A stretch of DNA of 39,185 bases from Candidatus Egerieisoma sp. (lineage in GTDB: Bacteria; Bacteroidota; Bacteroidia; Bacteroidales; UBA932). Where the stretch lies: the NCBI GenBank assembly GCA_045599845.1, contig JAZRWT010000111.1, positions 1-39,185 of the forward strand, in the 5' to 3' direction. The position numbers were made by a program, and so were the translations under genes. Positions within the stretch are counted from its first letter, which is position 1, and each line of letters starts with the position of its first letter. This document shows, piece by piece, positions 25,966-35,829 of this stretch. Below the pieces are notes generated by a model. That model had not been told where the DNA came from and ran no database searches. It saw only the letters and a list, made by a program, of their open reading frames with translations.

Positions 25966-27256
25966 TTTGAAAACAGTTTGTCTTACAATGGCGCTTTTCT
26001 TTGCTTCTTTTGTCCTTTACGGACAGAATGAAGACGGGCTCAACGTATGTACTCCGTATTCCATGTTCGGACTGGGTGAACTTTCAGGTGCAACCAATGC
26101 CACAAACAAGGCAATGGGAGGAATAGGAGTTGGATTGAGGGACAACAGATTCATAAACATCATGAATCCTGCCTCACTTACCGCAAGGGATACACTGTCT
26201 TTCATGTTTGATGTTGGTTTTTCACAAAAGAACGTAATGTCAAAGAATGCCTCTTCAGAGTCCGCATACAATACCGGAACAATACAGAGCATAGTATTCT
26301 CAACACCTCTGTACAACAAGTCTGCACTTGCCTTTGGTGTGGTTCCATTCTCGGATATGGGATATGACATTGAAACTTATGAAACCAATGCTGGCGTTCT
26401 GGCAAAATATGGAGACGTAATGTACAAGCAGTACGGAAGCGGTTCCCTGTACAATGCATTCATAGCAGCCGCATTCGATTGGGGCAAACATCTTTCATTC
26501 GGAGCCCAGGCCGGTTTGTATCTGGGTTCTCTTGACAGGCACAGTGACATCACATTCAACACCACGGAATCAATAAACAATACAAGAAGCTATTGGTCAT
26601 ACGAACCATACGGTTACAATTTGAAACTCGGCATGCAGTATCATACTCTGTTAGGAGAGAACAAGGACAAGATGCTTACAGTTGGCGCAACTTGCAGAAT
26701 CTCTTCTGATTTGAAAGGTGATGACGAGGGATATTTCGTATCTGCAACAAATCTTGGAGATCTTGATACCGTATATTACTACAAGCAAAGGCTTACGGTG
26801 AATATACCATACGAATTCAGTTTTGGCGTTTCTTTCAGAAAGTTTGACAAATGGGCTGCAGGCTTTGATATGAAGTACAGCAAATGGAGCGGCGAATCAT
26901 CTTTCTCCACCAAAGGTGTGAACGTTTCCTTGCAGAAAGCAGCATCGGCATGTGCAGGTTTTGAATTCACGCCCAACAAATATGATATAAGATATTATTT
27001 CAAAAGGATAACATACAGATGCGGAGTTTATTATGATCGCTCATATTTGAATATCAAAGGACAGAGCATAGACTCCAAAGGTGTGACATTGGGATTCTCC
27101 TTCCCTGTGAACAGGCTGAACAATGCATTCAATCTGGCAGTTGAAATGGGTCAGAGGGGAACCACTAGCAAAGGATTGGTGAAGGAGAATTACGTGAATA
27201 TCACTCTCAATATAAGTCTGCATGATATCTGGTTCATAAAACAATTGTATCAGTAG
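25949..27256 (+). CDS. outer-membrane beta-barrel (porin-like) protein of the conserved coaX-lptC cluster
   Basis: Start moved to MRKEISLKTVCLTMALFFASFVLYGQ (signal peptide), overlapping the coaX end by 17 nt. The protein is rich in alternating aromatic/Gly beta-strand patterns. Confidence 0.6.
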   Translation: MRKEISLKTVCLTMALFFASFVLYGQNEDGLNVCTPYSMFGLGELSGATNATNKAMGGIGVGLRDNRFINIMNPASLTARDTLSFMFDVGFSQKNVMSKNASSESAYNTGTIQSIVFSTPLYNKSALAFGVVPFSDMGYDIETYETNAGVLAKYGDVMYKQYGSGSLYNAFIAAAFDWGKHLSFGAQAGLYLGSLDRHSDITFNTTESINNTRSYWSYEPYGYNLKLGMQYHTLLGENKDKMLTVGATCRISSDLKGDDEGYFVSATNLGDLDTVYYYKQRLTVNIPYEFSFGVSFRKFDKWAAGFDMKYSKWSGESSFSTKGVNVSLQKAASACAGFEFTPNKYDIRYYFKRITYRCGVYYDRSYLNIKGQSIDSKGVTLGFSFPVNRLNNAFNLAVEMGQRGTTSKGLVKENYVNITLNISLHDIWFIKQLYQ

Positions 27257-27299
27257 AAAAAAACAAAACAATATAATAATAACTACATCTTACAAACTC

Positions 27300-28616
27300 A
27301 TGAAAAATTTGAATAAAATTTTATTGGTAGCAGCGCTGATGATGGTTGCAAGTACACTTTCCTTTGCTCAGGGACGTTACGGCAAGGACAGTGCCGAGTG
27401 TGTTAACGCACTCAATTTCTACAAAAACTTTATGGATCAGGGTAATATGTCAGAAGCAAATTATCATTTCCAGAATGCTTTCAAGTATTGTCCTCCTAAA
27501 GTAAGTCAGAATCTTTTCATCAACGGTGCAAAGATTATGAAAGCGCTTATCCAGACTGAACAGGATCCTGCAAGAAAAGCAAGGCTTATTGATACTCTCA
27601 TACTTATCAATGATGTCCGCGCAAGCAATTTTGCGAAGAACGCCATAAAGGCAAAAGAGGCACAGCTCAGGGATTATATGGCATACTATCCACAGGATGA
27701 CCCTATTATCATTGACAAGATTGACGAGTTCCACAAGATGGCCGGAGTCAATATGAATCCTGATTTCTATCTTGCAGCTCTTGACAGGGCGGTTGCATTG
27801 TACAAGGCAGGTAAATTCACTGATGATCAAGTCATAGCAACTTACACAAAGTTCAGTCCATATATAGAGGAGCTTGTTGCTTCCGATGGAAGCGAGCTCA
27901 ACCTCTCAACACAGAAGTCTTTTGAGAACATGTTCATTGTAAGCGGAGTTGCCAACTGTGACAATCTTGTAAAGGTGTTCGGACCTAGGGTTAACGAAAA
28001 TCCTAACGATCTGGATCTTGCCAAATCCGTTGCAAAGATGCTCTCAAGCGCCGAGTGCATTGATACTGACCTTTTCTTGAGAACCGTTACAACCATGCAC
28101 CAGCTTGAGCCTTCATATGCATCAGCAAAACTTCTTTACAAATTGTACAGAAGCAAGGATAACGATGAAAAGGCTCTTACTTACCTGCAGATGGCTGTTG
28201 AAAGTTCAGACGCCATAGAGGCTGAGAAAGGCTCCCTCCTTTATGAAATGGCAATGCTCTATTTCAAGGCAAAGAACAATGGCAGGGCTATCAGCTGTGC
28301 AAAACAGGCTGCAGATGCAGATGTCAACTACGCAGGCAAAAGCTATATGCTCATAGGTACAATTTGGATGCAGCTTAAATGTACTGGTGATGAAATGGAC
28401 CAGAGAGCAAAATTCTGGGTTGCAACCGATTATTTCCAGAAAGCAAAGGCAACAGACGGAACTCTGGCAGATGAGGCTGACAAACTCATGTCACAGTGCC
28501 GCGTTTACTTCCCTAAAGTTGAGGATGCTTTCATGTACGATCTTCAGAACGGCAGCCCTTATTCAATCAGCTGCGGTGGCATGAGCGCTAGTACAACTGT
28601 AAGAACAAACAAATAA
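27300..28616 (+). CDS. secreted tetratricopeptide-repeat (TPR)-like protein
   Basis: 438 aa with a signal peptide (LLVAALMMVASTLSFAQ), helical repeat character (..A..Y...A...Y..), and a position between the OMP gene and lptC as in other Bacteroidales. Confidence 0.6.
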   Translation: MKNLNKILLVAALMMVASTLSFAQGRYGKDSAECVNALNFYKNFMDQGNMSEANYHFQNAFKYCPPKVSQNLFINGAKIMKALIQTEQDPARKARLIDTLILINDVRASNFAKNAIKAKEAQLRDYMAYYPQDDPIIIDKIDEFHKMAGVNMNPDFYLAALDRAVALYKAGKFTDDQVIATYTKFSPYIEELVASDGSELNLSTQKSFENMFIVSGVANCDNLVKVFGPRVNENPNDLDLAKSVAKMLSSAECIDTDLFLRTVTTMHQLEPSYASAKLLYKLYRSKDNDEKALTYLQMAVESSDAIEAEKGSLLYEMAMLYFKAKNNGRAISCAKQAADADVNYAGKSYMLIGTIWMQLKCTGDEMDQRAKFWVATDYFQKAKATDGTLADEADKLMSQCRVYFPKVEDAFMYDLQNGSPYSISCGGMSASTTVRTNK

Positions 28617-28682
28617 CAACAATTGCGGATAATGCAGCGGGGGCTGGCTGGATAGTTTGTCCGGTCAACCCCTGTTGTTGTT
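28614..28682 (+). other. GC-rich imperfect hairpin after the TPR gene (possible terminator or processing site, no U-tract)
   Basis: CAGCGGGGGCTGG...CCGGTCAACCCCTG (28635-28674) is flanked by outer arms AACAACAA / TTGTTGTT. Confidence 0.3.
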
Positions 28683-28705
28683 GAAGCGGAATAAAAACAA
28701 GACTA

Positions 28706-29347
28706 TTGAAGTCATTTTCATTATATTTCATATTTGGGGCATTGCTGTTGTTCCTTTTACCATCGTGTGTTAAAAGAGAAAAAAGCGGAGAGAACAGCGA
28801 TGTGAATTCCGTGCCGAGGCAGGTTGTTGATAATATGTACTATGTTCAATCCAAGAATGGCGGTATGGAGGTGAGGGTTTCCACTCCAAGAATGGAGAGG
28901 TACAAGAATGACAGCACAAATCTTGAATATGATTATTTTCCACAAGGTGTTCATCTTTATGGTTACAATAAGGATGGAATGCTTGAGAGTGAAATATATT
29001 CAGACAAGGCCAGGCATACCGTGAATTATGAGAAGGAGATATGGTCTGCATTCGGCAATGTTGTCATACACAATTTCATAAACGAACAGATTCTGGAAAC
29101 GGATACTTTGTATTGGAACGCTCAGGAGCACACCATTTATACGGACTGCTATGTGAAAATGCATTCTCCTGCAGGTTTCATGCAAGGCTACGGTTTGAAA
29201 AGTGATGAAATGGTGAGAAATGTGCAGCTGCTCAAACCATTTGATGCATACGGGCTTATTAACTCTTCCGATGCAGTGGCTGATACGGTGAATTTTGTGG
29301 GTCCAAGGCAGGCTGTTAAAAAGCTTAATCCATTGAAAATAAATTAA
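28706..29347 (+). CDS. lptC: LPS export system periplasmic/anchored component LptC (OstA-like fold)
   Basis: 213 aa from a TTG start with a lipoprotein-like signal (LLLFLLPSCVK). The pattern is ...MEVRVSTPRMERY...YDYFPQGVHLYGYNKDG...SEIYSDKARH...WSAFGNVVIHN...LETDTLYWNAQEHTIYTD. The conserved neighbourhood supports the call. Confidence 0.6.
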   Translation: MKSFSLYFIFGALLLFLLPSCVKREKSGENSDVNSVPRQVVDNMYYVQSKNGGMEVRVSTPRMERYKNDSTNLEYDYFPQGVHLYGYNKDGMLESEIYSDKARHTVNYEKEIWSAFGNVVIHNFINEQILETDTLYWNAQEHTIYTDCYVKMHSPAGFMQGYGLKSDEMVRNVQLLKPFDAYGLINSSDAVADTVNFVGPRQAVKKLNPLKIN

Positions 29348-29437
29348 AGGTGAAAAATTGTTATTTTTTATTAACTTCGCAGTCTTATTCTGCATTGATT
29401 GAAATAACAGGAATATAAATTATTAAAACACATAAAA

Positions 29438-31528
29438 ATGGCAGTTCTTGAAAAAATACGCGTAAAATTGGGTGTATTTATTACAGTGCTCATTGCAGTT
29501 GCACTCTTGTCTTTTATCATTGATCCAAGTACACTGGAATCAACATTGAGAATGTTCTCATCAAAATACGATGTTGGACGGATGAACGGTAAATCAATCT
29601 CCTACATGGATTTCCAGAAGAAAACAGATTTCTTCAACGAGATTTATCAGATGACCAACGGCAATGCCGATGCTGAGAATCAGGTGGAAATTGTGAACAA
29701 CATGGCATGGGAGGATGAAATCAACAGACTTGTTGTAATGCCAGCAATAGAGAAGGCCGGACTGAAACTTGGATCAGCGGAAGTTACCGAGCTTACTCAG
29801 GGTTCCCATATTTCTCCTGTACTTTCCCAGAATCCTTTCTTTGTGGATGAGAATGGTAAATATGACAAGACAAAGCTCAGCCAGATGATGCAGATGTCCT
29901 CTTCAGACCAGAGCGGAAAGCTTGGCATGTATTGCTCATATATAGAAAAGACCATTGTTCAGACAGGTCTTCTTTCAAAATATTATTCAATGTTGCAGCA
30001 TAGCCAGATAATCACTCCGTTGGAGCTTGAAAGGCAGCTTGAAGAAAGCAACACCACATACAACCTGAATTATACGGTAATTCCTATGACTGCTGTTGAT
30101 TCATCCATAGTTGTTTCTGACAGTGAGGTGAAAGAGTATTACAATGCAAGGAAGGACAAGATGAAACAGCCGGCAAGCAAGGATGTTGAGTACGTTGTAT
30201 GGGAAGTTGTTCCATCTGCAAGCGATATTGAGTTCGCTAATCAGGAAATGACAAAACTCTATACTGAGTTCAAGCAGGCTGACAATATGAAGAATTATCT
30301 TTCCAGAAATTCTGACATAGCTTACAACAGCATGTATTTCACAGCTTCACAGTTCACATCGCTCAGTGCAAGCATAGCTGATTTCTTCGAGAACAATCCT
30401 AAAGTTGGAGATTTCATGGAGCCGTTCCAGCAGGGAAGTGATTTCTATGCAGTTAAGGTAATGGATATAAAGAACCTGCCTGATTCAGTGTTTGTAAAGC
30501 ATGTACTTCTTCAGGGCGATGACATACAGAAGGCTGATTCCCTTCTGGCTGTGGCCGGCAGAAGCAACAATGATTTCATTGCTGTAGCAGCAGCATGGTC
30601 TGCAGACAAGAATCCAAACGTTGAGGAAGCAGGTGATCTTGGTTGGATGACACAGCAGATGATGATTCCAGGATTGGAAGAGGTTATCAGCCTTCCTGTT
30701 GGAAATGTTGTAAAAATGACCACACAATACGGAACACATCTTGTAAAAGTTACAAAGACAACCGTTCCTCATAAGAAATATCAGGCAGCAGTACTCAAGA
30801 AAGAGGCAGTGGCCGGCAAGCAGACATACGCTGAGTATTATTCAAAGGCAAATGACCTTGCAAGCGCAAGCAACGGAAAATATGAAGCTTTCAACAATTA
30901 TGTGAAGGAAAACAATCTTACCGTTTACCCTGCAGTCAATGTGCTTCCTGCTTCCAGAACATTTGCAAACTATGAAAGAGCCCGTGAAATAGTACGTTGG
31001 GTGAATGAGAACAAGCCTGGTTCAGTATCACCTATACTTTCACTTGACAACAAATATTATTTTGTAGTAGCCGTTACAGGTTCTCAAGAGGAAGGAACAG
31101 TTCCATTCGAGAAATTCGCACCACAGATCAGGCAGAATCTCGCTGCAGAAAAGCAGATTGCTAAAACAGCAGAGGAAAGCAAGTCAAAGAGTGCCGGAAT
31201 TCAGAACATTGATGAACTTGCACAGGTTCTTGGAACAAGCGTAGTGAGCAAGAGCGGCGTAGCATTCAGTTCAACTCAGCCTCAACAGATAGACAGCAAA
31301 CTGCTTGGAGCACTTCCAAAGGCTCAGAATGGCGAGATTTACGGGCCTGTAGAGGGTGAGATAGGTGTGATTTACTTTGTTATAAACGATAGCGAAAAAG
31401 GCTCGTTCATTACCGAAAACGACCTTAAAGCAAGGAAAGCACAGGAGTTCTCATACATGGCAAGACTTATTCCTTTCGTTCTTTCAGAACAGGCGAATAT
31501 TGTTGATACCAGATATAAGTTCTATTAG
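29438..31528 (+). CDS. PpiD/SurA-like periplasmic chaperone (peptidyl-prolyl isomerase family)
   Basis: 696 aa with the N-terminal anchor MAVLEKIRVKLGVFITVLIAVALLSFI typical of PpiD, a SurA_N-like region and a parvulin-like segment (VKHVLLQGDD...ADKNPNVEEAGDLGWMTQQMMIPGLEEV...TQYGTHLVKV). Confidence 0.8.
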   Translation: MAVLEKIRVKLGVFITVLIAVALLSFIIDPSTLESTLRMFSSKYDVGRMNGKSISYMDFQKKTDFFNEIYQMTNGNADAENQVEIVNNMAWEDEINRLVVMPAIEKAGLKLGSAEVTELTQGSHISPVLSQNPFFVDENGKYDKTKLSQMMQMSSSDQSGKLGMYCSYIEKTIVQTGLLSKYYSMLQHSQIITPLELERQLEESNTTYNLNYTVIPMTAVDSSIVVSDSEVKEYYNARKDKMKQPASKDVEYVVWEVVPSASDIEFANQEMTKLYTEFKQADNMKNYLSRNSDIAYNSMYFTASQFTSLSASIADFFENNPKVGDFMEPFQQGSDFYAVKVMDIKNLPDSVFVKHVLLQGDDIQKADSLLAVAGRSNNDFIAVAAAWSADKNPNVEEAGDLGWMTQQMMIPGLEEVISLPVGNVVKMTTQYGTHLVKVTKTTVPHKKYQAAVLKKEAVAGKQTYAEYYSKANDLASASNGKYEAFNNYVKENNLTVYPAVNVLPASRTFANYERAREIVRWVNENKPGSVSPILSLDNKYYFVVAVTGSQEEGTVPFEKFAPQIRQNLAAEKQIAKTAEESKSKSAGIQNIDELAQVLGTSVVSKSGVAFSSTQPQQIDSKLLGALPKAQNGEIYGPVEGEIGVIYFVINDSEKGSFITENDLKARKAQEFSYMARLIPFVLSEQANIVDTRYKFY

Positions 31529-31549
31529 GATATAAGGTTTGAAAAATTA

Positions 31550-31585
31550 AGGGGCTGACTTTCTAGTCAGCCCCTTAATTTTTTA
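31550..31585. terminator. bidirectional rho-independent terminator between convergent ppiD-like and cpsB-like genes
   Basis: AAGGGGCTGAC-TTTCTA-GTCAGCCCCTT is a perfect 11-bp stem followed by AATTTTTT. On the other strand it is followed by AATTTTT. Confidence 0.85.
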
Positions 31586-31624
31586 CCCCTGCTGCTTTGC
31601 AGCTGCCCACTAGGGCATGCCGAT

Positions 31625-32365
31625 TCAGAGTCCCAGATTCCTGAATACTTCAAATGATTTCAAATTCACTTCCTTTCGGCCAAGAATATTCTGAATCATT
31701 GTTCTGGAATGTGTGTCCGAGCCAACAATCTCGTAATAGCGGTTCTTGATCAGGGTTTCTGCCCTTGCTTTGCTTTCCGGACTGTACATACCTGAAATGG
31801 AGCCAAGGTTCATCTGGAATTTCACCCCCTTTTCCTTAAGCTTGGCGTAATCTTTCTTGTCCATATAAAGATATCTTTCAGGATGAGCCAGTACCGGGAA
31901 ATAACCTCGTGATTTTATAGTCTCAATAATCTCCCAGAAGTTGTATGGAGGGTTGTAAAATGAGGTTTCCACAAGGATGTGCATACCGCCTTCTCCAAGA
32001 GGTAACAGGTCATTGCTCTCCAGACGTTCTTCAAACAATGAATCCAGCATATATTCAGCTGCGAAATGCAGTTGGATATTGCCTTTCAATTCACCGTTCT
32101 GAGAACAATTTTCATACGAAGCGCGCATTTGGCCGAACCTTTCCCTTATTGCTTGTGTTGTGTTGGGAACGTCTGCCATTATATGAGGAGTGAACCAGAG
32201 GCTTTCAACCCCCAGTTCCTCATATAAGCCAAGTATTTTCAAAGATTCTTCGCAGCTTTGTACACCATCGTCCAGGCCGAACAGTATATGGCTGTGATAA
32301 TCGGTTATACCGTTCATCACATTCCTATCTTTCAAAGATGCATTTTTGGTTCTGAACAGGAACAT
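31625..32365 (-). CDS. PHP-family protein-tyrosine phosphatase (CpsB/CapC type)
   Basis: 246 aa with the DYHSHILFGLDDG metal-binding motif, TPH, HILVE, AHPERY and GSDTH. Its ATG overlaps the wzc-like stop (TAATG). Confidence 0.85.
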   Translation of the reverse strand: MFLFRTKNASLKDRNVMNGITDYHSHILFGLDDGVQSCEESLKILGLYEELGVESLWFTPHIMADVPNTTQAIRERFGQMRASYENCSQNGELKGNIQLHFAAEYMLDSLFEERLESNDLLPLGEGGMHILVETSFYNPPYNFWEIIETIKSRGYFPVLAHPERYLYMDKKDYAKLKEKGVKFQMNLGSISGMYSPESKARAETLIKNRYYEIVGSDTHSRTMIQNILGRKEVNLKSFEVFRNLGL

Positions 32366-34881
32366 TATTGTTTATTAGTATTGTCAACATCTGCAAAAGA
32401 TCCGTAATAGTCACTCTTCCTGCTGCCGTAATAGTTCTTACCATAGGCTGAGTGATACCCGTATTTGTAACCGTATCCATACCCGTACCTGTAACCGTAT
32501 CTGCCTCCGTATGAAGCTCCGCCTGATCTGGATGCGTTGAGTATAAGACTTATGTTGTTCATCTTCTTGCTTTCAACAAGTTCCTTGAGTTCATCTATCT
32601 GTTTGAGATCCATAAGCCCGGCTCTTACTACAAACAGACATCTCTCTGCAAACGGTGCCAGAATCTGTGTATCAGCAAGCATGTTTACAGGAGGGCAGTC
32701 CAGGAATATGAAATCATAGCGCTGCTTTGCATCATCGATTATTTCCTTGAATATAGGACTGTAAAGCAACTCGCTTGGATTTGGCGGAACAACACCTATA
32801 GGAAGTATTTCAAGATACTCATTGTCCTTATATTTCACCAAAGTCTGCTTATAATCTTCAATGTTTCCAGAAAGAACATATGACAATCCCTTTTTAGGTG
32901 ATCCCACATATTGTGAAGAGGAACCGTGCCTGAGGTCGCAGTCAATGACAAGGCATTTTTTGTTTCTTATGGCAAAAGCCATTGATATATTCATGCTCAG
33001 GAAAGATTTTCCACTTCCAGGGTTGAATGAGGTGAGAAGTATTGTGTGGCCTTTCTCTTTTTTGTCAACCATGAATTCTATATTTGCTCTCATGACCCTG
33101 AAGGATTCGTTCAAATAATCTCTCTTGCCCTTTTGCACAATCATTACTGCGTTGTGTTTCTTTATGTTGTCAACGCTCTTCCAGAATTGCCACCATTTCT
33201 TTTCTTTGTCAATAGAAACATAAGGTATTTCACCGGCGAAAGGAACTTTTATACCATCAAGGTCTTTCTTGATTCTCACCTTTGTATCCATCATCTCCCT
33301 GGCTACAAGATAACCTGCAGGCAATCCTATGCCCAGTATCAGTGCAATCAGGTAAATCATGTTGCGTCTAGGGGATATTGGAATATTGGAACCGTTTGCA
33401 GGAGCAATGATTCTTGTATTGTATGCTGTGAACGCCTGTGAGAGCTCATTCTCCTCACGTTTCTGCAGAAGGAACAGATAAAGAGCCTCTTTGACTTTCT
33501 GCTGTCTTTCAATTGAGAGAAGTTGCTGCGCCTGGGTTGGAGAGGATGCCAGCTGTGAATCTGTCTTCCTCTCACTCTGTTCAAGATTGCTTATCTGATT
33601 CTGCAAGGAAACAATGTAGTTGCTCAAAGAAGACTTTATAGCGCCTTTCATTGAACTTATGGTATTGTTGTAATCCTGAACCACCGTATTGGATTCACTG
33701 CTTATGGCAACAAGCTTGTCCCTTGTAATGACAAGGTTGTTATATTCCGCTATCTGGTTTTCAATATTGGCATTGTCAAGTCCGTTTATTGCAGGAAGCA
33801 CATCGTTTGTCTTGATCATGTCCTCTATGAAATCCTTGAGGTAATTTGCAAGTCCGAGCGTTGTTTTTATCTTGAGCAATTCGCGTTCCGTGTTCTCGTT
33901 CCTGGCCATGTACATTTGTGCGGCGGCATTGATATCAGGTATTCTGTGGTCTTTCTTGAAAGCTGTGATATCGCTGTCAACCATTCCAAGGTCCTTCTCA
34001 ATAATCATAAGACGATTGTTTATGAAGTGGGAGGTACTTACGGCAACTATGTTCTTGTCATCAACCCATTGTTCATTATAAACGGTTATCAGAGTGTTTA
34101 TGATATCAGAAGCCCTTTGTAATGATTGGTCTGATATCTGTATGTCAACAACTGTGTTCTCTTTGCTGTTAAGGGCTATTGTTGTTTCCTTCTGATATGA
34201 ATTCGTTATGGCTGCTAATTTGTGTTTTACAATTTTAATGAGCGATATGCGGGAATCAACGGGTTCAGATTTCATCAACGCCGAGAAAGGATAGTTTTCA
34301 TTCTGCGTTATCACTATCCTTCCTACAGGAGTTTTGAGAGTGTCATTGAAATTTCCTTTTATGATATTGCTGTATTCAATGTCCGCACTTACGAAACTGC
34401 CCAATTCAAAACCTTTTCCTTCAGGGTTCAATTTCAATTCCAATGATGCTGCCTGTGCATCATTCAAATCAAGGAAATTGATTCTTACAGGAACATCCTT
34501 GCCATAAAGCACAGGGCTGTACCAGATATCGTAGCCATAGAATGAAATGTCCAGTCCCAATCTTCTCACAACCTCTTCCATTATAACAGGAGATTTCATG
34601 CAGACAATTTCATTGTAAACGGAAGAATTGTCCGTGAACATTCCAAGTTCCGCAATACCGCTTAAATCGTTGCTTATTGAATTGCCTCGTTTGTCTGATT
34701 TGAGAACAACCTGTGCAGACCTTACGTATGTAGGTCTGGTAATCTTTATGTAGAAGAATGCCAGAACAACACACAAAGTGATTGATATGAGAAACCAATA
34801 CCATCTTGACAGGCACAAGGTTACAATATCAAGAATGGACAACTCCTGATTCTCATTCGGTTTTGTTTGATTCTCTGTCAT
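32365..34881 (-). CDS. polysaccharide co-polymerase / bacterial tyrosine autokinase (Wzc-like, GumC/PCP-2a)
   Basis: 838 aa with an N-terminal TM segment plus Wzz-like and coiled-coil periplasmic regions, and a second TM (MIYLIALILGIGLPAGYLVA). The kinase carries Walker A (NPGSGKSF), Walker A' (LVIDCDLR), Walker B (FIFLDCPP) and a Tyr-rich tail. Confidence 0.9.
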   Translation of the reverse strand: MTENQTKPNENQELSILDIVTLCLSRWYWFLISITLCVVLAFFYIKITRPTYVRSAQVVLKSDKRGNSISNDLSGIAELGMFTDNSSVYNEIVCMKSPVIMEEVVRRLGLDISFYGYDIWYSPVLYGKDVPVRINFLDLNDAQAASLELKLNPEGKGFELGSFVSADIEYSNIIKGNFNDTLKTPVGRIVITQNENYPFSALMKSEPVDSRISLIKIVKHKLAAITNSYQKETTIALNSKENTVVDIQISDQSLQRASDIINTLITVYNEQWVDDKNIVAVSTSHFINNRLMIIEKDLGMVDSDITAFKKDHRIPDINAAAQMYMARNENTERELLKIKTTLGLANYLKDFIEDMIKTNDVLPAINGLDNANIENQIAEYNNLVITRDKLVAISSESNTVVQDYNNTISSMKGAIKSSLSNYIVSLQNQISNLEQSERKTDSQLASSPTQAQQLLSIERQQKVKEALYLFLLQKREENELSQAFTAYNTRIIAPANGSNIPISPRRNMIYLIALILGIGLPAGYLVAREMMDTKVRIKKDLDGIKVPFAGEIPYVSIDKEKKWWQFWKSVDNIKKHNAVMIVQKGKRDYLNESFRVMRANIEFMVDKKEKGHTILLTSFNPGSGKSFLSMNISMAFAIRNKKCLVIDCDLRHGSSSQYVGSPKKGLSYVLSGNIEDYKQTLVKYKDNEYLEILPIGVVPPNPSELLYSPIFKEIIDDAKQRYDFIFLDCPPVNMLADTQILAPFAERCLFVVRAGLMDLKQIDELKELVESKKMNNISLILNASRSGGASYGGRYGYRYGYGYGYKYGYHSAYGKNYYGSRKSDYYGSFADVDNTNKQ

Positions 34882-34889
34882 ATGAACAG

Positions 34890-35702
34890 CTATTTGTTAG
34901 CATTTACAATAAGGTTGGTAACAGTTACCAGGAATGATGCAATTGAAATCCAGAATGAAACGGAGAATACATTGTTGCCGTTCACAGTGGATTGTCTTGC
35001 CCTCATCTTGTTAGGTTCAATGTATATGATGTCTCCTTGCTGGAGATAGAAAGCCGGGGAGTTGAAAACGCTCTGCGCATTGCACAGATCCATGAGGTAT
35101 GTGGTCTGTTCACCTGTAACAAAATCCTGTCTCAATATTTTTACGGTTCCTCTTTCTCCGTTTATGGTGAGGTCACCCGCCATTGATATTGCGTCAAGAA
35201 CAGAGATATAGTCATTTGTAATGCTGTATCTTCCCGGTCTTGCAATTTCACCCAGTACGGAAACGTTAAGATTCATGAACTCCACTGTTACAACAGGATC
35301 CTTGAGCTCGTTAGATCTTATGAGGCTGTTCTTTATGAATTGTGCTATTTCGGTACGTGTCATTCCTGCTATGTGCATTCTGCCGAGTATAGGGAAATCA
35401 ATGTAACCGTCACTGTCTATCGTATATCCGCAGATTCCGTTTTCTGCCGTATATCCACTCATATTGGCAGACAACCTGTTGGTTACTATAGGGAGGTTGT
35501 ATATGATTGAAAGCTGAGGCTCCTTGCAACTTACAATTATTGAAATTTTGTCCATAGGTTTCACCCTGATTTCAATAGGGGTGATCTGTGTGGACAATTT
35601 GTCTGTTTTCAAATCCTGGAAATACGAAATACTTTTTGGAGTGGCGCAGGAAACCGCAACAATAGCAAATAGAATGTAAACAAGAATCTTAGAGATTTTC
35701 AT
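34890..35702 (-). CDS. polysaccharide export outer-membrane lipoprotein (Wza-like; Poly_export + SLBB)
   Basis: 270 aa with a lipoprotein signal (LFAIVAVSCATPK), a PES-like motif region (IRVKPMDKISIIV), SLBB-like segments (VSVLGEIARPGRYSI; GDIIYIEPN) and a C-terminal hydrophobic helix. Confidence 0.85.
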   Translation of the reverse strand: MKISKILVYILFAIVAVSCATPKSISYFQDLKTDKLSTQITPIEIRVKPMDKISIIVSCKEPQLSIIYNLPIVTNRLSANMSGYTAENGICGYTIDSDGYIDFPILGRMHIAGMTRTEIAQFIKNSLIRSNELKDPVVTVEFMNLNVSVLGEIARPGRYSITNDYISVLDAISMAGDLTINGERGTVKILRQDFVTGEQTTYLMDLCNAQSVFNSPAFYLQQGDIIYIEPNKMRARQSTVNGNNVFSVSFWISIASFLVTVTNLIVNANK

Positions 35703-35743
35703 AAAGACTTAAAGTTAAATATTCAATATGTTTGTATAACCCA

Positions 35744-35751
35744 CAAAGTTA
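35744..35751 (-). promoter_or_regulatory. -7 box TAACTTTG (minus strand) for the wza-wzc-phosphatase operon
   Basis: Exact TAnnTTTG match, 41 nt upstream of the wza-like ATG (35702). Confidence 0.4.
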
Positions 35752-35808
35752 CACTTTATTTTCTATTTATTTAAAAAGGGGCAAATATCTTTTGTCCTCA
35801 AATTTTCA

Positions 35809-35816
35809 TAAATTTG
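35809..35816 (+). promoter_or_regulatory. -7 box TAAATTTG for the capD-pgi-manC operon
   Basis: Exact TAnnTTTG match. It lies only 13 nt before the ATG at 35830, so the real start codon may be the second ATG at 35848 (MDKLKK...). Confidence 0.35.
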
Positions 35817-35829
35817 TAATTTCGTATAT

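Noticed and set aside
28614-28705. Small structured RNA or tRNA-like element between the TPR gene and lptC.
   Set aside because: Only a single imperfect GC-rich hairpin is present. There is no cloverleaf, no conserved T-loop (GTTCGAATC-like) and no recognisable riboswitch core, so it is treated as a possible terminator or processing hairpin only.
35703-35829. Invertible (phase-variable) capsule promoter, as in Bacteroides CPS loci.
   Set aside because: No inverted repeats flank the promoter boxes and no site-specific recombinase gene is nearby. Two fixed divergent TAnnTTTG boxes explain the region.
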